IMG/VR virus record: IMGVR_UViG_3300033074_000010 | Location: 1 to 41,294 of that record | Length of the DNA: 41,294 nt | Strand: one strand, 5' to 3' | Source: a virus | Taxonomy: Duplodnaviria; Heunggongvirae; Uroviricota; Caudoviricetes | Part shown: piece after piece, positions 16,366-26,731 of the stretch | Layout: every line of letters begins with the position of its first letter | Numbering within the stretch: the stretch's first letter is position 1 | Translations under genes and position numbers: made by a program | Notes under the pieces: generated by a model | What the model saw: only the letters and a program-made list of their open reading frames with translations | Told to the model about the DNA's origin: nothing | The model's database searches: none

Positions 16366-18547
16366 TACCGCATCGCTGGTAGCGAGAGTAACGGCGGAAG
16401 GTGCCGCTACTGCCGCCAAGCAATTAGATAACTTTGCTGCAAGTGCAACAAAGGCCGAAGCCGCTACCGATAAAATGACGCCGGCGGTTAAAGAAGCGGC
16501 GGCAACAACACCTAAATTCGGTAGCGCAGTAACAAACGTTTCCTACCAGTTGCAGGACTTTATTGTTCAGGTAAGCAGCGGGCAGTCCGCTTTACTTGCG
16601 TTTAGCCAACAAGCCCCCCAATTGCTCTCCGGCTTCGGTGCGCTCGGGGCGGTGCTGGGTATCGCCGCGGCTGCCACCAGTGTGTTGTATAACGCTTTTG
16701 GCTCGACTAACGAAGCCACTAAAAACCTTGAGTCATCTACTAAAGCGCTTAACGCTGTTATCCAGACATCTAAAACCGGTGTCACAGAGTTATCTGACAG
16801 CTACATCCAACTGGCTACCGGCGTAGAAACGGCAACCGCGTCACAGGCACAACTTGAAGCGGGCATTGCTGGTGCGGAAAACACGATTGCCGCTATGAAC
16901 GCCAAGCTGAAAGAAACGGCTGACATTAGCTATTTAATGTCCGGTTCTATCACTGGTGCTAATGATTCTCTGCAAAAAGGGCAGACCAACACCTCCAGCT
17001 ACACCGGATTCCTGTCGAGTCTGGCAGACCAGTTCGGTGTAACAAAACAGCAGGCAGAAGAGTTAATCCCGTTACTGGCGAGTGTAGCCGAGAAGCCTAC
17101 GCAAGATAACGTGCTGGCGCTTACCACTCGTATGGGCGAGCTTAGCTCTGTTACTGACAGCAAAGTCACCCCGGCGTTTCGTAATTTCCGTGCAGAGCTT
17201 CTCAACGCGATTGCTACACAAGATACTGCTAAAAAGTCGTTAGATATTCTCAAGGCGGCGCAATTAGGTCAGGCAGAAGCAACTAACTCCAGCACAGAAG
17301 CAACTAAGCAGAACATCACTAAGATGATTGAGTACGCCCAGGCCCAGTTACAAGGTGCTAAAGCGGTGCTCGCATTTAACGCTGCTCAGGACAAACAGCA
17401 ATTTGCTCAGTCCGGTGCTACAGCGGAGCAGATAGCGCAGTACAACGAATTAATTAACAAGCAGTACGAGAAAGACGTTGCTAACTACGACGCCGCTCAG
17501 CAGAAGAAAGCAGAGGCAGAAGCTAAATCGGCAGCGGCCCGCGCTAAGTCCGAAGCCGACAGACAAGCCGCGCAGGAAAAACAGGCAGATGCTTTCCTTA
17601 CGCTTGTTAAGAAACAGAACTCTTCGGAGGTAGAGCAAGTAACTATTGCTGCCGCGGAGAAGCAAAAGCAGTTAGACGATTATTACGCGAAAGGCCTGGT
17701 CTCTCAGCAAGAGTACGAAACGGCATCAGCAGATATAGCCAACGCTGCGCAAGAGAAAAAAGACGCTATTGTTGCTAAAGAACAAGAGCAACAGGCAAAA
17801 CGCCAGGAACAGGCTGACGCGTATCTGGCACAGTTACAGGCTAACTTCGAAGGTGAATCCGCAGAGCTTGACCGCCAGTATCAGGTAAAACAGGATAAGC
17901 TGGACAAGTTCCACGAAGAAGGCTTGATTAGCGAGGAAGATTACCAGAACGCTCTTGCGGACCTGCGCCAACAAAAAGCAGATGCACTAATCGCCGCCGA
18001 CCTGTCGACCTGGGGCACTATCGCGGCTAACGTTAAAAGTGCAGCGAGCGAGAACACCGCTTTGTATAAAGCCGCGGCTATCACCGAAGCCACCATTTCA
18101 ACATATCTGGCGGCTACAAAAGCACTGGCAACTGGCGGACCAATCCTCGGCCCAATCCTCGCGGCGTCGACTATCGCGCTCGGTCTGGCTAACGTGGCTA
18201 AAATAAGTTCCGCGCGTGAACAGGGCGGTCAGTTATCTGCGGGGCAGGCTTCCACCATCGCCGAACGCGGTAAACCAGAAGTTATCATGCCCGCTGGTGC
18301 GTCACGAGTGCGCACCGCGCAGCAGATGAAGGAAATTATGGGGCAAAACGGGTCTTCTTCCGGCCCGTCTAATGTTACTATTGTGAACAACACGAGTTCT
18401 CAAATCGGCAACGTATCCACCGAGCAAGATGATGAAGGCCGTTTACGCATCATCATCGAAGAGCAAGTGGCGGCATCTTTGCAGAACAGTAACAGTAAGA
18501 TTAGCAAGGCCAGAAAGGCCACAAGAAACTCGCCGGGGTTTAAATAA
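16358..18547 (+). CDS. tail tape measure protein
   Basis: 729-aa Ala/Gln/Glu-rich predicted helical protein with hydrophobic segments, after chaperone ORFs. Confidence 0.8.
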   Translation: MADTASLVARVTAEGAATAAKQLDNFAASATKAEAATDKMTPAVKEAAATTPKFGSAVTNVSYQLQDFIVQVSSGQSALLAFSQQAPQLLSGFGALGAVLGIAAAATSVLYNAFGSTNEATKNLESSTKALNAVIQTSKTGVTELSDSYIQLATGVETATASQAQLEAGIAGAENTIAAMNAKLKETADISYLMSGSITGANDSLQKGQTNTSSYTGFLSSLADQFGVTKQQAEELIPLLASVAEKPTQDNVLALTTRMGELSSVTDSKVTPAFRNFRAELLNAIATQDTAKKSLDILKAAQLGQAEATNSSTEATKQNITKMIEYAQAQLQGAKAVLAFNAAQDKQQFAQSGATAEQIAQYNELINKQYEKDVANYDAAQQKKAEAEAKSAAARAKSEADRQAAQEKQADAFLTLVKKQNSSEVEQVTIAAAEKQKQLDDYYAKGLVSQQEYETASADIANAAQEKKDAIVAKEQEQQAKRQEQADAYLAQLQANFEGESAELDRQYQVKQDKLDKFHEEGLISEEDYQNALADLRQQKADALIAADLSTWGTIAANVKSAASENTALYKAAAITEATISTYLAATKALATGGPILGPILAASTIALGLANVAKISSAREQGGQLSAGQASTIAERGKPEVIMPAGASRVRTAQQMKEIMGQNGSSSGPSNVTIVNNTSSQIGNVSTEQDDEGRLRIIIEEQVAASLQNSNSKISKARKATRNSPGFK

Positions 18548-19947
18548 TGACCGACTTATATTTCCCTCGTAGCCTTAAGCCTATTGTGTCGAAAGGCTAC
18601 TCAATGACCAGACGCAACAACGTCTGGAGTGTCGATTTAGCCGGCGGCGGGGTGCGTCAGGGCCGTGACACATATTACGACGTGTTCCCCGTTAGCGTAA
18701 CCCTGATTACATCCGCAATGGGGCGACAGGCGTTTCTGTCGTTCCTTGAGAAAGTCGATGGTGGTGCGTCAAGTTTCTGGATGGCGCACGACTTCGGCAT
18801 GGGAATTGAGGATTACCAAGTCACCATCACGTCCACTATAGCGGAGTCCACCGAAGACGGGATTAACTGGACAATCACTTTCACGGCAACCGCCGAGAAA
18901 TCGCCGTTCCAGGACCTTGAGAACCAGTGCCTGATTAACAATCTGCCAGATTTGTATGGTTGCTATGGGGACTGTCTGGGTAGTTTCCTGAAAATATATG
19001 CGAACTACGAGACGACGTTCCCGCGCATCTGGAGCAATGAAGGGCCTGCAGGATACCCGCCGATTAACCTTCTGGCGTCGACTCTTGATAGCCGCATTGT
19101 GTATGACGGGCCGCAGGTTTATTACATCAACCGAAACGGCAATCTTGTGCAGTCCGCCGCCGGTGAATGGCCGCTTACGTTTATCGATGGCTCGGCAGTT
19201 GGGCGTGTGCCACCGGAGGCATCAGTAACTAACAGATTCCTATATTCAAGCAATTTCTCTTCGTCAAACTGGAACAAAGGTTTGGTGAGTGTATCAGTAT
19301 CTGAAACAGGTGTTTTAACAGCCGCAGGCACGTACGACGTAACTGCTACCGCCACAAGCGGTAACCACCTAATAAACCAGACTGTAGATGTTAGCGTTGG
19401 TGTTGGCGACATGGTTACTTTTAGTTTCTTCGCAAAAGCAAACGGATACAATTTCATACGGATGTACGTGCGAGAACTTCCTACAGTATTAGGCTCAGCA
19501 GTTGTGGATTTGCGGGATGGTAGCATTTATTCCGGCCCAGGTGGTACAGATGTAACCGACGTAGGCGGAGGGTGGTTCCGAATATCGGAGACGATCACAG
19601 CAACAGAAGATAAAACAATGAGCATACGGATGGACGCATGGATATATTCAGACGGAGTTACCGGGTCATTTACGGGGGATGGCGTTTCAGGGGTTAAATT
19701 ATCCGCGGCTACTGTAGAGGTAAACCAAAATACAACATCCCCGGTAATAACCGATGCCGTTGTTGTCACCCGCTCGACAGCGTCCGCGAAAGTAACCATG
19801 AACGGTGCAACAAGCATCGACATTACCTATTCTGACGGCTCCGTGGTTAGCATCCCCGCAGTTGACGGTTACGCTACCATCCCACAGGCCGATTCTGCGT
19901 GGGGTAGTAAATACATCACTCGTATTGATTTTAATGTGGACGGCTAA
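18547..19947 (+). CDS. minor tail protein (lambda M-like N-terminal region, putative)
   Basis: First gene after tape measure; N-terminal ~110 aa resembles lambda gpM-type proteins; long C-terminal extension. Confidence 0.5.
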   Translation: MTDLYFPRSLKPIVSKGYSMTRRNNVWSVDLAGGGVRQGRDTYYDVFPVSVTLITSAMGRQAFLSFLEKVDGGASSFWMAHDFGMGIEDYQVTITSTIAESTEDGINWTITFTATAEKSPFQDLENQCLINNLPDLYGCYGDCLGSFLKIYANYETTFPRIWSNEGPAGYPPINLLASTLDSRIVYDGPQVYYINRNGNLVQSAAGEWPLTFIDGSAVGRVPPEASVTNRFLYSSNFSSSNWNKGLVSVSVSETGVLTAAGTYDVTATATSGNHLINQTVDVSVGVGDMVTFSFFAKANGYNFIRMYVRELPTVLGSAVVDLRDGSIYSGPGGTDVTDVGGGWFRISETITATEDKTMSIRMDAWIYSDGVTGSFTGDGVSGVKLSAATVEVNQNTTSPVITDAVVVTRSTASAKVTMNGATSIDITYSDGSVVSIPAVDGYATIPQADSAWGSKYITRIDFNVDG

Positions 19948-19950
19948 CTT

Positions 19951-20466
19951 ATGAGTCAGGAATCAGTAGAAGCTGCCTATCGCCGTAAGTTGGCATCAAA
20001 TCCCGACGGCGAGATGGACTACATCACGTTGCAAATCAGCCACCCGTTGCTGTCAAAGACGTACTATCTTGTGCGCGGACTACAGGAACTCACGGCAACA
20101 CTGGAGACGGGCGAAACTATCACGTTCGAACCAACCCCGATGGAGGCGTCGGGGGCTGCTAACAATAGCGACATGGACCAGACGACCACGTTTACTTTAC
20201 CGGATATTCTCAATCAACTGGACGATGAGATGGATAAAATCCCTATGAGTAACACCGAGTTGCCGAAATTCGTCTTCCGCCGGTACGTCAGCACCGACCT
20301 GTCTTATCCGGCTGACGGCCCGGTCGTGTACGAGTTGCAGGCCATCAACCAGGAGAAGGGCGAGTTCTCCGCAGATGTCGGTACACCTATGCTGAACCAA
20401 CGAAGCACTGGTATACTAATGACACCTAAAGAGATACCGTTATTACGCGGCCTGTTGACCACATGA
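19951..20466 (+). CDS. minor tail protein (putative)
   Basis: 171-aa ORF in distal-tail block; position only. Confidence 0.4.
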   Translation: MSQESVEAAYRRKLASNPDGEMDYITLQISHPLLSKTYYLVRGLQELTATLETGETITFEPTPMEASGAANNSDMDQTTTFTLPDILNQLDDEMDKIPMSNTELPKFVFRRYVSTDLSYPADGPVVYELQAINQEKGEFSADVGTPMLNQRSTGILMTPKEIPLLRGLLTT

Positions 20467-20828
20467 ATATTAACGACTACACGGGCATACCTTACGACTT
20501 TCGCAAACGCAATTGCTGGCATCACGTGCGCATTGTACGGGCGGATGCCGGGCTAGAAACTCCGGCGTTCGATGTTACAAGCCCAACGGCGATTAACGAA
20601 GCGTTTGACGAAGGGCATCGCGACACGAAGGGGCTTACGAAGATTGATAAGCCTGAAAACTTCTGTGCGGTGCTTATGGGGTATCGCCGTGGTGGTCGTA
20701 TCGTGTGGCACGCGGGAGTTTACTTCGACGGGATGGTGAGTCATTGCGAGCTTGCGTCCCGTCAGGTACGGCTTGACCGGCTGGCGGACCTCAGAGACAC
20801 GTACACGGAGATTGAATTTTGGCGATAA
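20463..20828 (+). CDS. tail assembly protein, NlpC/P60-like (putative)
   Basis: Cys/His-containing segments NCWHHV and WHAGVY; position equivalent to lambda K. Confidence 0.4.
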   Translation: MNINDYTGIPYDFRKRNCWHHVRIVRADAGLETPAFDVTSPTAINEAFDEGHRDTKGLTKIDKPENFCAVLMGYRRGGRIVWHAGVYFDGMVSHCELASRQVRLDRLADLRDTYTEIEFWR

Positions 20829-23374
20829 TCCTGCACTACACTCGAAATGCGGAAGGCGCTTTCGACCGTACGAAACACGTCGGGATGCCGATGGAATTTG
20901 TCGTTAACCGTATCCCGGACGGGGTGCCTGCGCGCGTCTACCTCGGCGAGATTGGCGATGATACTGATGTTACAGACGACTTCGAAGCGCTTAAAGACGA
21001 AGACGCCGTGTACCATATTATTGAGGGTGCGGGTAGCGGGGCGCTTGGTGCGGTTAGTAAGGTATTTGGTTTTATCCTTAAGCCAATCGCTAAGTTGTTC
21101 GGCCTGAACATGTCCGCTAACGCCAACTACACGGCGACTAACAACCAGACAACGTCACCGAATAACAGCCTTACAGACCGCTCAAACAAACCACGCCCTT
21201 ACGAGCGCTCCTATGACATCTGCGGGACTGTGCAGACAATCCCTAACGACCTGATGCAGACGTATAAAGCGTTCAACTCCACGGGTGCTTTGCTGGAGTA
21301 TTCGTATTATGACGTGGGGCGCGGGCATCTGCATATTGAGGCTGATGGCGTAACGGAAGGCGACACCCTGATAAGCGACATCACAGGTTCCTCTGTTGCC
21401 ATATACGCGCCGTATACGTCACCGAACAACACCACATCGCCGCAACTACAAATCGGCGACGTCATTGACCAGAAACTTTATGTGACATACTCCAACGACG
21501 ACGTTGATGGTATTGTACTGAAAGCGCCAAACGACATTGGAGCTAACCCAAGCGCCGACGGCACAGCTAAACGTATTTCAAACACCGGCTACATCTACGA
21601 CCCGTCAGGCGACTCCGCTTTTTCTGAGTTTCTTAGCGTCGGTGATATCGCGGTGCTGAGCAACTTTGACGTTGCTGACGTCACTAACCTGAACGGCTCG
21701 TTTGAGGTTTTATACGTTGACGACTTCGAAGTGAGATTAGCCGTAAACGGTGCGTCTAACTGGGCGGCGTTGACCAGCGGACAGACGTACACGTTAACAG
21801 AGCGTTCAGATACGTTTATCGGGCCGAGCAACACCTATGACGTATCACTGACCGACTGGTATTACATGGTGCGCGGGGAAGTTGACCGCGTGCTCGCTAA
21901 CGTAGCCGGGCAGAACGGCCTCTACAAATACGACGGCGGCTATAACCGCACCAGCGTAACTGTAGAACTCCAGTACCAGATGATTGATTCCCAGCGTAAC
22001 CCGTTGAGTGATATTTACACGGTACAGGCTACAATTACGGGCAACAATACGGATTACGTCGGTACGTCTATCTATGGGCAGTTGCCTACTTCATCGCGTT
22101 TCCGTGCCCGTATGCGCCGTATAACGAATTTCGATAAGGACTACGACGGTACAGTAAGCGACGAGATAACGTTCATCAACCTGTACGGGCAGTCGCTGGA
22201 CACAACCCCACACTATGGCAACCGAACTACCGTACATTGCGCCCGTAAACAGACTCCACGTGCCGCCAGTATCGATAACCCGGAACTGCGCATGATTGCA
22301 ACCGAGATGTGCTACAAATACTTAGGCAATGGGGTATTCGATACAGTAATGTCGCCAAACACGCAGGCAGTACAATCACTAATTCGACTGGCCCGCGACC
22401 CCGCAGTTGGCAATCTGGAACTGACAACGGCAAACATGGACAAATTACTTGCTGTGCAAGAAGAAATTGAGTCCTATTTTGGTAGCGAATTAGCCGGACA
22501 ATTCTGCTACACGTTCGACGACTACGACATCACGATGCAGGACATCGTTCAGACCATAGCGGAAGCCGTGTTCTGTACTGCGTACCGTAAAGGTGCGGAT
22601 ATTATGCTGCGATTCGACCGTCCTGTTGCTGGACCCGAAATGGTGTTCACCCACCGCAGCAAAACTACAGGTACGGAGAAATGGACCCGCACGTTCAACG
22701 ATTCGACAACCTACGATAGCCTGTCGTTCTCATACATCGACCCGGATACTAACGTACAGGAAACGATTTATATCCCGGAAGAACTCGGAGCAAACACCGA
22801 GGAATATGAATCGAAGGGCGTACGTAACTATCAGCAGGCATATTGGCTGGCGTGGCGCCGCTACCAGCGCAATGCGTTAAGTAAAGTTGTTGTAGAGTTC
22901 GAAGCTACTGAAGAGGGGGCACTCGCTACACCGGGCGGCGTAATCAGTGTGGTCAAAGGCTCACGTATTGCACCACAGGATGGTTACGTTGTTGCCGTTA
23001 ATGGGCTTACGCTGACACTGTCACAGCCGGTTACGTTTACCCCCGGCGATGACCACTCCATCATCCTCAAGAAGCGCGACGGCTCTGTGCAGAGTATCTC
23101 TGTTATCAAAGGAAGCCATGACCGCGAAGTGATTATGCTCTCCGCGCCGGAGGAGGCAATCTACACGGGGAATAGTGCGCTAAAAACTGAGTTTTCATTC
23201 GGCAACGAAGCAAGGCATAATGCTCAGAAGATAGTTGTTTCTTCAATCGACCCGGGCGACGACCGCACGGTCAAGATTACGGGCTACAACTATGACGACG
23301 GATTCTATAAATACGACGGCGTCGCGCCATACGGCAGCGGTTTCTCCGACGGATTCAGCAATGGTTTTAATTAA
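20819..23374 (+). CDS. tail tip / host specificity protein (lambda I-J-like, putative)
   Basis: 851-aa ORF, TTG start after GGAG; N-terminal Gly-rich hydrophobic segment like lambda gpI C-terminus, remainder J-like by position. Confidence 0.5.
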   Translation: MAIILHYTRNAEGAFDRTKHVGMPMEFVVNRIPDGVPARVYLGEIGDDTDVTDDFEALKDEDAVYHIIEGAGSGALGAVSKVFGFILKPIAKLFGLNMSANANYTATNNQTTSPNNSLTDRSNKPRPYERSYDICGTVQTIPNDLMQTYKAFNSTGALLEYSYYDVGRGHLHIEADGVTEGDTLISDITGSSVAIYAPYTSPNNTTSPQLQIGDVIDQKLYVTYSNDDVDGIVLKAPNDIGANPSADGTAKRISNTGYIYDPSGDSAFSEFLSVGDIAVLSNFDVADVTNLNGSFEVLYVDDFEVRLAVNGASNWAALTSGQTYTLTERSDTFIGPSNTYDVSLTDWYYMVRGEVDRVLANVAGQNGLYKYDGGYNRTSVTVELQYQMIDSQRNPLSDIYTVQATITGNNTDYVGTSIYGQLPTSSRFRARMRRITNFDKDYDGTVSDEITFINLYGQSLDTTPHYGNRTTVHCARKQTPRAASIDNPELRMIATEMCYKYLGNGVFDTVMSPNTQAVQSLIRLARDPAVGNLELTTANMDKLLAVQEEIESYFGSELAGQFCYTFDDYDITMQDIVQTIAEAVFCTAYRKGADIMLRFDRPVAGPEMVFTHRSKTTGTEKWTRTFNDSTTYDSLSFSYIDPDTNVQETIYIPEELGANTEEYESKGVRNYQQAYWLAWRRYQRNALSKVVVEFEATEEGALATPGGVISVVKGSRIAPQDGYVVAVNGLTLTLSQPVTFTPGDDHSIILKKRDGSVQSISVIKGSHDREVIMLSAPEEAIYTGNSALKTEFSFGNEARHNAQKIVVSSIDPGDDRTVKITGYNYDDGFYKYDGVAPYGSGFSDGFSNGFN

Positions 23375-23386
23375 AGAGGACTCTAT

Positions 23387-25144
23387 ATGTCAAGCGGATG
23401 TGGTGACGTTTTAAGCCTGGCGGATTTACAAACCGCCAAGAAACACCAGATTTTCGAAGCCGAGGTTATAACCGGTAAATCCGGCGGTGTCGCTGGTGGC
23501 GCTGATATCGATTACGCGACAAATCAGGTTACTGGACAGACCCAGAAGACGTTACCCGCCGTGTTGCGTGATGCTGGTTTTTCTCCTGTATCGTGGGACT
23601 TTTCCACCGGCGGTACGTTAACAGTTAATGACCGCGACAAAGTGGTGTATGACCCGGTAAGCAAGACGTGGTACTCGTATGCAGGTACGTTGCCGGTTGT
23701 CGTCCCAGCATCGTTTAACCCGGTTGGTAACGCTAACTGGAAGCCGCAGACTGACCCGAATTTACGGAATGACCTGGCAAACCCGGACGATGGTTTGGGT
23801 GCGGACCTTGTTGCGTACAGCGCTACGGAAGCGGTGAGGGATGCTATAAGCCGTATTGACGGTGACATGTTCCAGGACCCATTAACAGCATGGCCTCTTG
23901 GTGGAACGTTAAAAATTAAACAAGGTGTTTATGAAGTAACGTCAGCTTTGGTACTCGATTATGGAAACTATGACGCCGCTTTTATAGGCTCCCCAGGTGT
24001 TCGCGCCCATTACGAAGGTGAGAACATGGCAGAGACTATCTTTAACTGCCAGGTTGCTGATTTCAACATACAGATGTACGGGGATAGTACATTCACATCT
24101 CAACGAGTACATGCTTACGATTCTGTAGGCGGCTTCACCCTTAAGGGAAGCGCCACTTCTTACGGCATGCATATTAAAGGCAAGGCGTATACGCGCCTGC
24201 ATGACTTCGTATCGTACGGGCACACTAACGGCGAGGGCCTGCGTCTGGAGGATGTACTGACATCTGATGTAGATAATGTGTATCTGCAAGCTAACCGCAT
24301 TGGCCTTCGAGTGCTTGCTAGCAGTACAGGTTCAGAGTTAAACGCAGTTAGTTTTAACCGTATTACCGCAAGCGATAATTCAAATTGGGGCGTGTTAGGG
24401 GACCGCTGGGGCGCAGGTGATACCATTACAGGGTTAACCTGTGAAGGTAATGGCACGCAAGGTGATACCGGTACTGGCGGAATGAACATCGCTGTGAACG
24501 GTTTAAATGGTTCAGGTGCACTCGTTTTGAACAACCCGTATTTCGAAGCGAATAAGGGTGGGGCTGACCTTGTAATTGATAACACGGGAACGCGCCCGGT
24601 AACCGTAATTATTAACGGTGGAAACTTCCATCGTGTTAGTAGTACGGCGTACACATTAAATAACTTAAGTATTACAAGTTCTGGCGGTGGTAAGGTTACT
24701 GTAGTCCTCAATGGCACTACGTTTCAGAGCGTAGGCTCTTACGTGCCGAGTAGTACGAGGCCTTATTGGGTCACTGGACCTAACTGCGAAGTAATAGACA
24801 TCGGCTGCACGTTCATGGAAGAAACTAGTAAAGCAACATCCGTTTCCTCTGGTAGCATCCCTCGCTCTGGAAGAATTAACGCTAATGGTAGTATTGATGT
24901 AGCTCCAGGTGTGTCCTCAGTAAACGTGGTAGCTACAGGTGTTTATGACGTGACATTTTCTAGGCAATTAGCCGCGTTAACTAATGGGTATGTGGTACAG
25001 ATAACGCCAATATCAGCCCCTGATTCCGTTAGTTGTGATGTCATATATAGTAGCACAACCCGCTTCAGGGTCACATTAAGGAACACTATCAGCGGCGCTG
25101 GCATAGCGAGTGCCTTCGCTTTTAGTGTTACAAGACTCGTGTAA
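23387..25144 (+). CDS. tailspike / tail fibre protein (putative beta-helix)
   Basis: 585-aa last structural gene; Gly/Asn/Thr-rich repetitive region consistent with beta-helix; RBS AGAGGA. Confidence 0.55.
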   Translation: MSSGCGDVLSLADLQTAKKHQIFEAEVITGKSGGVAGGADIDYATNQVTGQTQKTLPAVLRDAGFSPVSWDFSTGGTLTVNDRDKVVYDPVSKTWYSYAGTLPVVVPASFNPVGNANWKPQTDPNLRNDLANPDDGLGADLVAYSATEAVRDAISRIDGDMFQDPLTAWPLGGTLKIKQGVYEVTSALVLDYGNYDAAFIGSPGVRAHYEGENMAETIFNCQVADFNIQMYGDSTFTSQRVHAYDSVGGFTLKGSATSYGMHIKGKAYTRLHDFVSYGHTNGEGLRLEDVLTSDVDNVYLQANRIGLRVLASSTGSELNAVSFNRITASDNSNWGVLGDRWGAGDTITGLTCEGNGTQGDTGTGGMNIAVNGLNGSGALVLNNPYFEANKGGADLVIDNTGTRPVTVIINGGNFHRVSSTAYTLNNLSITSSGGGKVTVVLNGTTFQSVGSYVPSSTRPYWVTGPNCEVIDIGCTFMEETSKATSVSSGSIPRSGRINANGSIDVAPGVSSVNVVATGVYDVTFSRQLAALTNGYVVQITPISAPDSVSCDVIYSSTTRFRVTLRNTISGAGIASAFAFSVTRLV

Positions 25145-25150
25145 AACTAA

Positions 25151-25172
25151 GGCCCCGTTTGGGGCCTTTTCT
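25151..25172. terminator. bidirectional rho-independent terminator
   Basis: Stem GGCCCC/GGGGCC, GTTT loop, T4 after stem; sits between convergent modules. Confidence 0.7.
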
Positions 25173-25310
25173 CTACTCTTCTGATAACTTCTCCAGTACA
25201 AACGCCAGTTGCGCATTAGCGGCGTCTCTTTGCTGCCGTAGTCGTAGAACCTCCTCCTCAAGTTCCTTGATACGTTTTTGCAATGCGGGAATCGGGGCTA
25301 TGATGTTCAT
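25173..25310 (-). CDS. hypothetical small coiled-coil protein (45 aa)
   Basis: Hand-translated MNIIAPIPALQKRIKELEEEVLRLRQQRDAANAQLAFVLEKLSEE; start overlaps helicase stop. Confidence 0.35.
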   Translation of the reverse strand: MNIIAPIPALQKRIKELEEEVLRLRQQRDAANAQLAFVLEKLSEE

Positions 25311-26731
25311 TTCTTACCTCTTCTCTTCATATAATTAAGCAATTCTTCCTGGACCGATTTCTTCTCGTCTGTACGCGCGGCAACAACCTCGTCAAGAGTG
25401 TCTTTAGCGACTATGTGATAAAGGAACACCGGGCGTTCGTGGCCTGCCTGCTTCTGGCGCGTTGGGCCTATGCGCTCGACAACCTGCAAATAGTGCTCAA
25501 GGTTCCAGCCTTGTGAGATGAACGCCAGATGATGTCCGCCGTCCTGTAAATTCAAACCATGACCGGCTGATGCGGGATGCACGCATAAGATTTCGATTTC
25601 ACCGCGGTTCCACGCTTCCATCTGCTTATTGCCCTTAGCGCCTTTGGCGAACGCCTGTGCTTGTGGGAATCGCTTAAGGATACGCTCCAGTTCGTGCTTA
25701 AACTGATAGGCTACCAGTAACGGTGCGCCCTGTAACTCCTCAACAATTGACTCGAGCGCATCCAGTTTCGTGTCGTGCACTTTCTCCCAGTCTTTGGTTG
25801 CTTCTCCGTCGTCACCCGTCACATACACGGCACCGGAAGCAATCTGTAAACACTTCGACGTCTTCGCCGCCGCGTTAGCCGCTTCAACTTCTCCGCTCTC
25901 CAGTTCCGCAAATAACTTCTCCTCCATATCGGTATATGCCTGACGCGCCTTCTTCGGCAGGTCAATTTCCACTGGCACGATAATCGGCGCTTCGCAACCA
26001 AACCACTCGGCGGCGTCAATCGTGAGACTAATGTCTTTCATCTTCTGGTGAATCTCATTATCCGCGCCCGGGCGTGCGTGGTACTCCCGCGCTATCGCCG
26101 ACTTGCCTTTCTGTACTGAGTTAAACCAGCGGTCGGTGAATGCCGTGTACGAAGAACCGAGGCGCTCGCCAGCGTCGATAAACCAGTTCTGCCCCCACAA
26201 GTCCTTGAGGCCATTTGGCGATGGTGTGCCTGTCAGGTTAATGAACCGCTTAACCTTGCCGAACGCCACTTTGCTTAGCGCCTTAGCCCGTTTGCTTCCT
26301 CCAGAACGGCTACGGAAAGATTTCAGCTTCGTGCTCTCATCAGCAACGATAACCGTAAAAGGCCAGTCGTCTTTGCCGTAGTAGTCAATCAGCCACTCGA
26401 TAACTTCGTAGTTTGTGCACACCACGTTAGCATCTGACTCCAGCGCCGCGATACGGCGCTTCTCTGAACCGGTTGCGTCTACGACACTCAGACAGGGGAA
26501 GTTCCAACGTGCCTGTTCCGCGGGCCACGTACCGGACGCAACGCGCAACGGGGCGAGAATTAACACGCGGTCGTCGTCCGTAAGTTGCCCGTTGCGGAAC
26601 AGGCGGTTTAAAGTCCACAGGACGCTGCCGGTCTTCCCGGCGCCCATGCTTGCCCATATGTTACAGCGATTGTGCTGCAACATGAACGAGGTCATGAGCT
26701 TCTGATAGGGCCTTCTAGTGAATTTACCCAT
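25307..26731 (-). CDS. SF2 helicase (SNF2/DEAD-like)
   Basis: Walker A MGAGKTG, motif II VIVADES, motif III-like INLTGTP. Confidence 0.8.
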   Translation of the reverse strand: MGKFTRRPYQKLMTSFMLQHNRCNIWASMGAGKTGSVLWTLNRLFRNGQLTDDDRVLILAPLRVASGTWPAEQARWNFPCLSVVDATGSEKRRIAALESDANVVCTNYEVIEWLIDYYGKDDWPFTVIVADESTKLKSFRSRSGGSKRAKALSKVAFGKVKRFINLTGTPSPNGLKDLWGQNWFIDAGERLGSSYTAFTDRWFNSVQKGKSAIAREYHARPGADNEIHQKMKDISLTIDAAEWFGCEAPIIVPVEIDLPKKARQAYTDMEEKLFAELESGEVEAANAAAKTSKCLQIASGAVYVTGDDGEATKDWEKVHDTKLDALESIVEELQGAPLLVAYQFKHELERILKRFPQAQAFAKGAKGNKQMEAWNRGEIEILCVHPASAGHGLNLQDGGHHLAFISQGWNLEHYLQVVERIGPTRQKQAGHERPVFLYHIVAKDTLDEVVAARTDEKKSVQEELLNYMKRRGKK

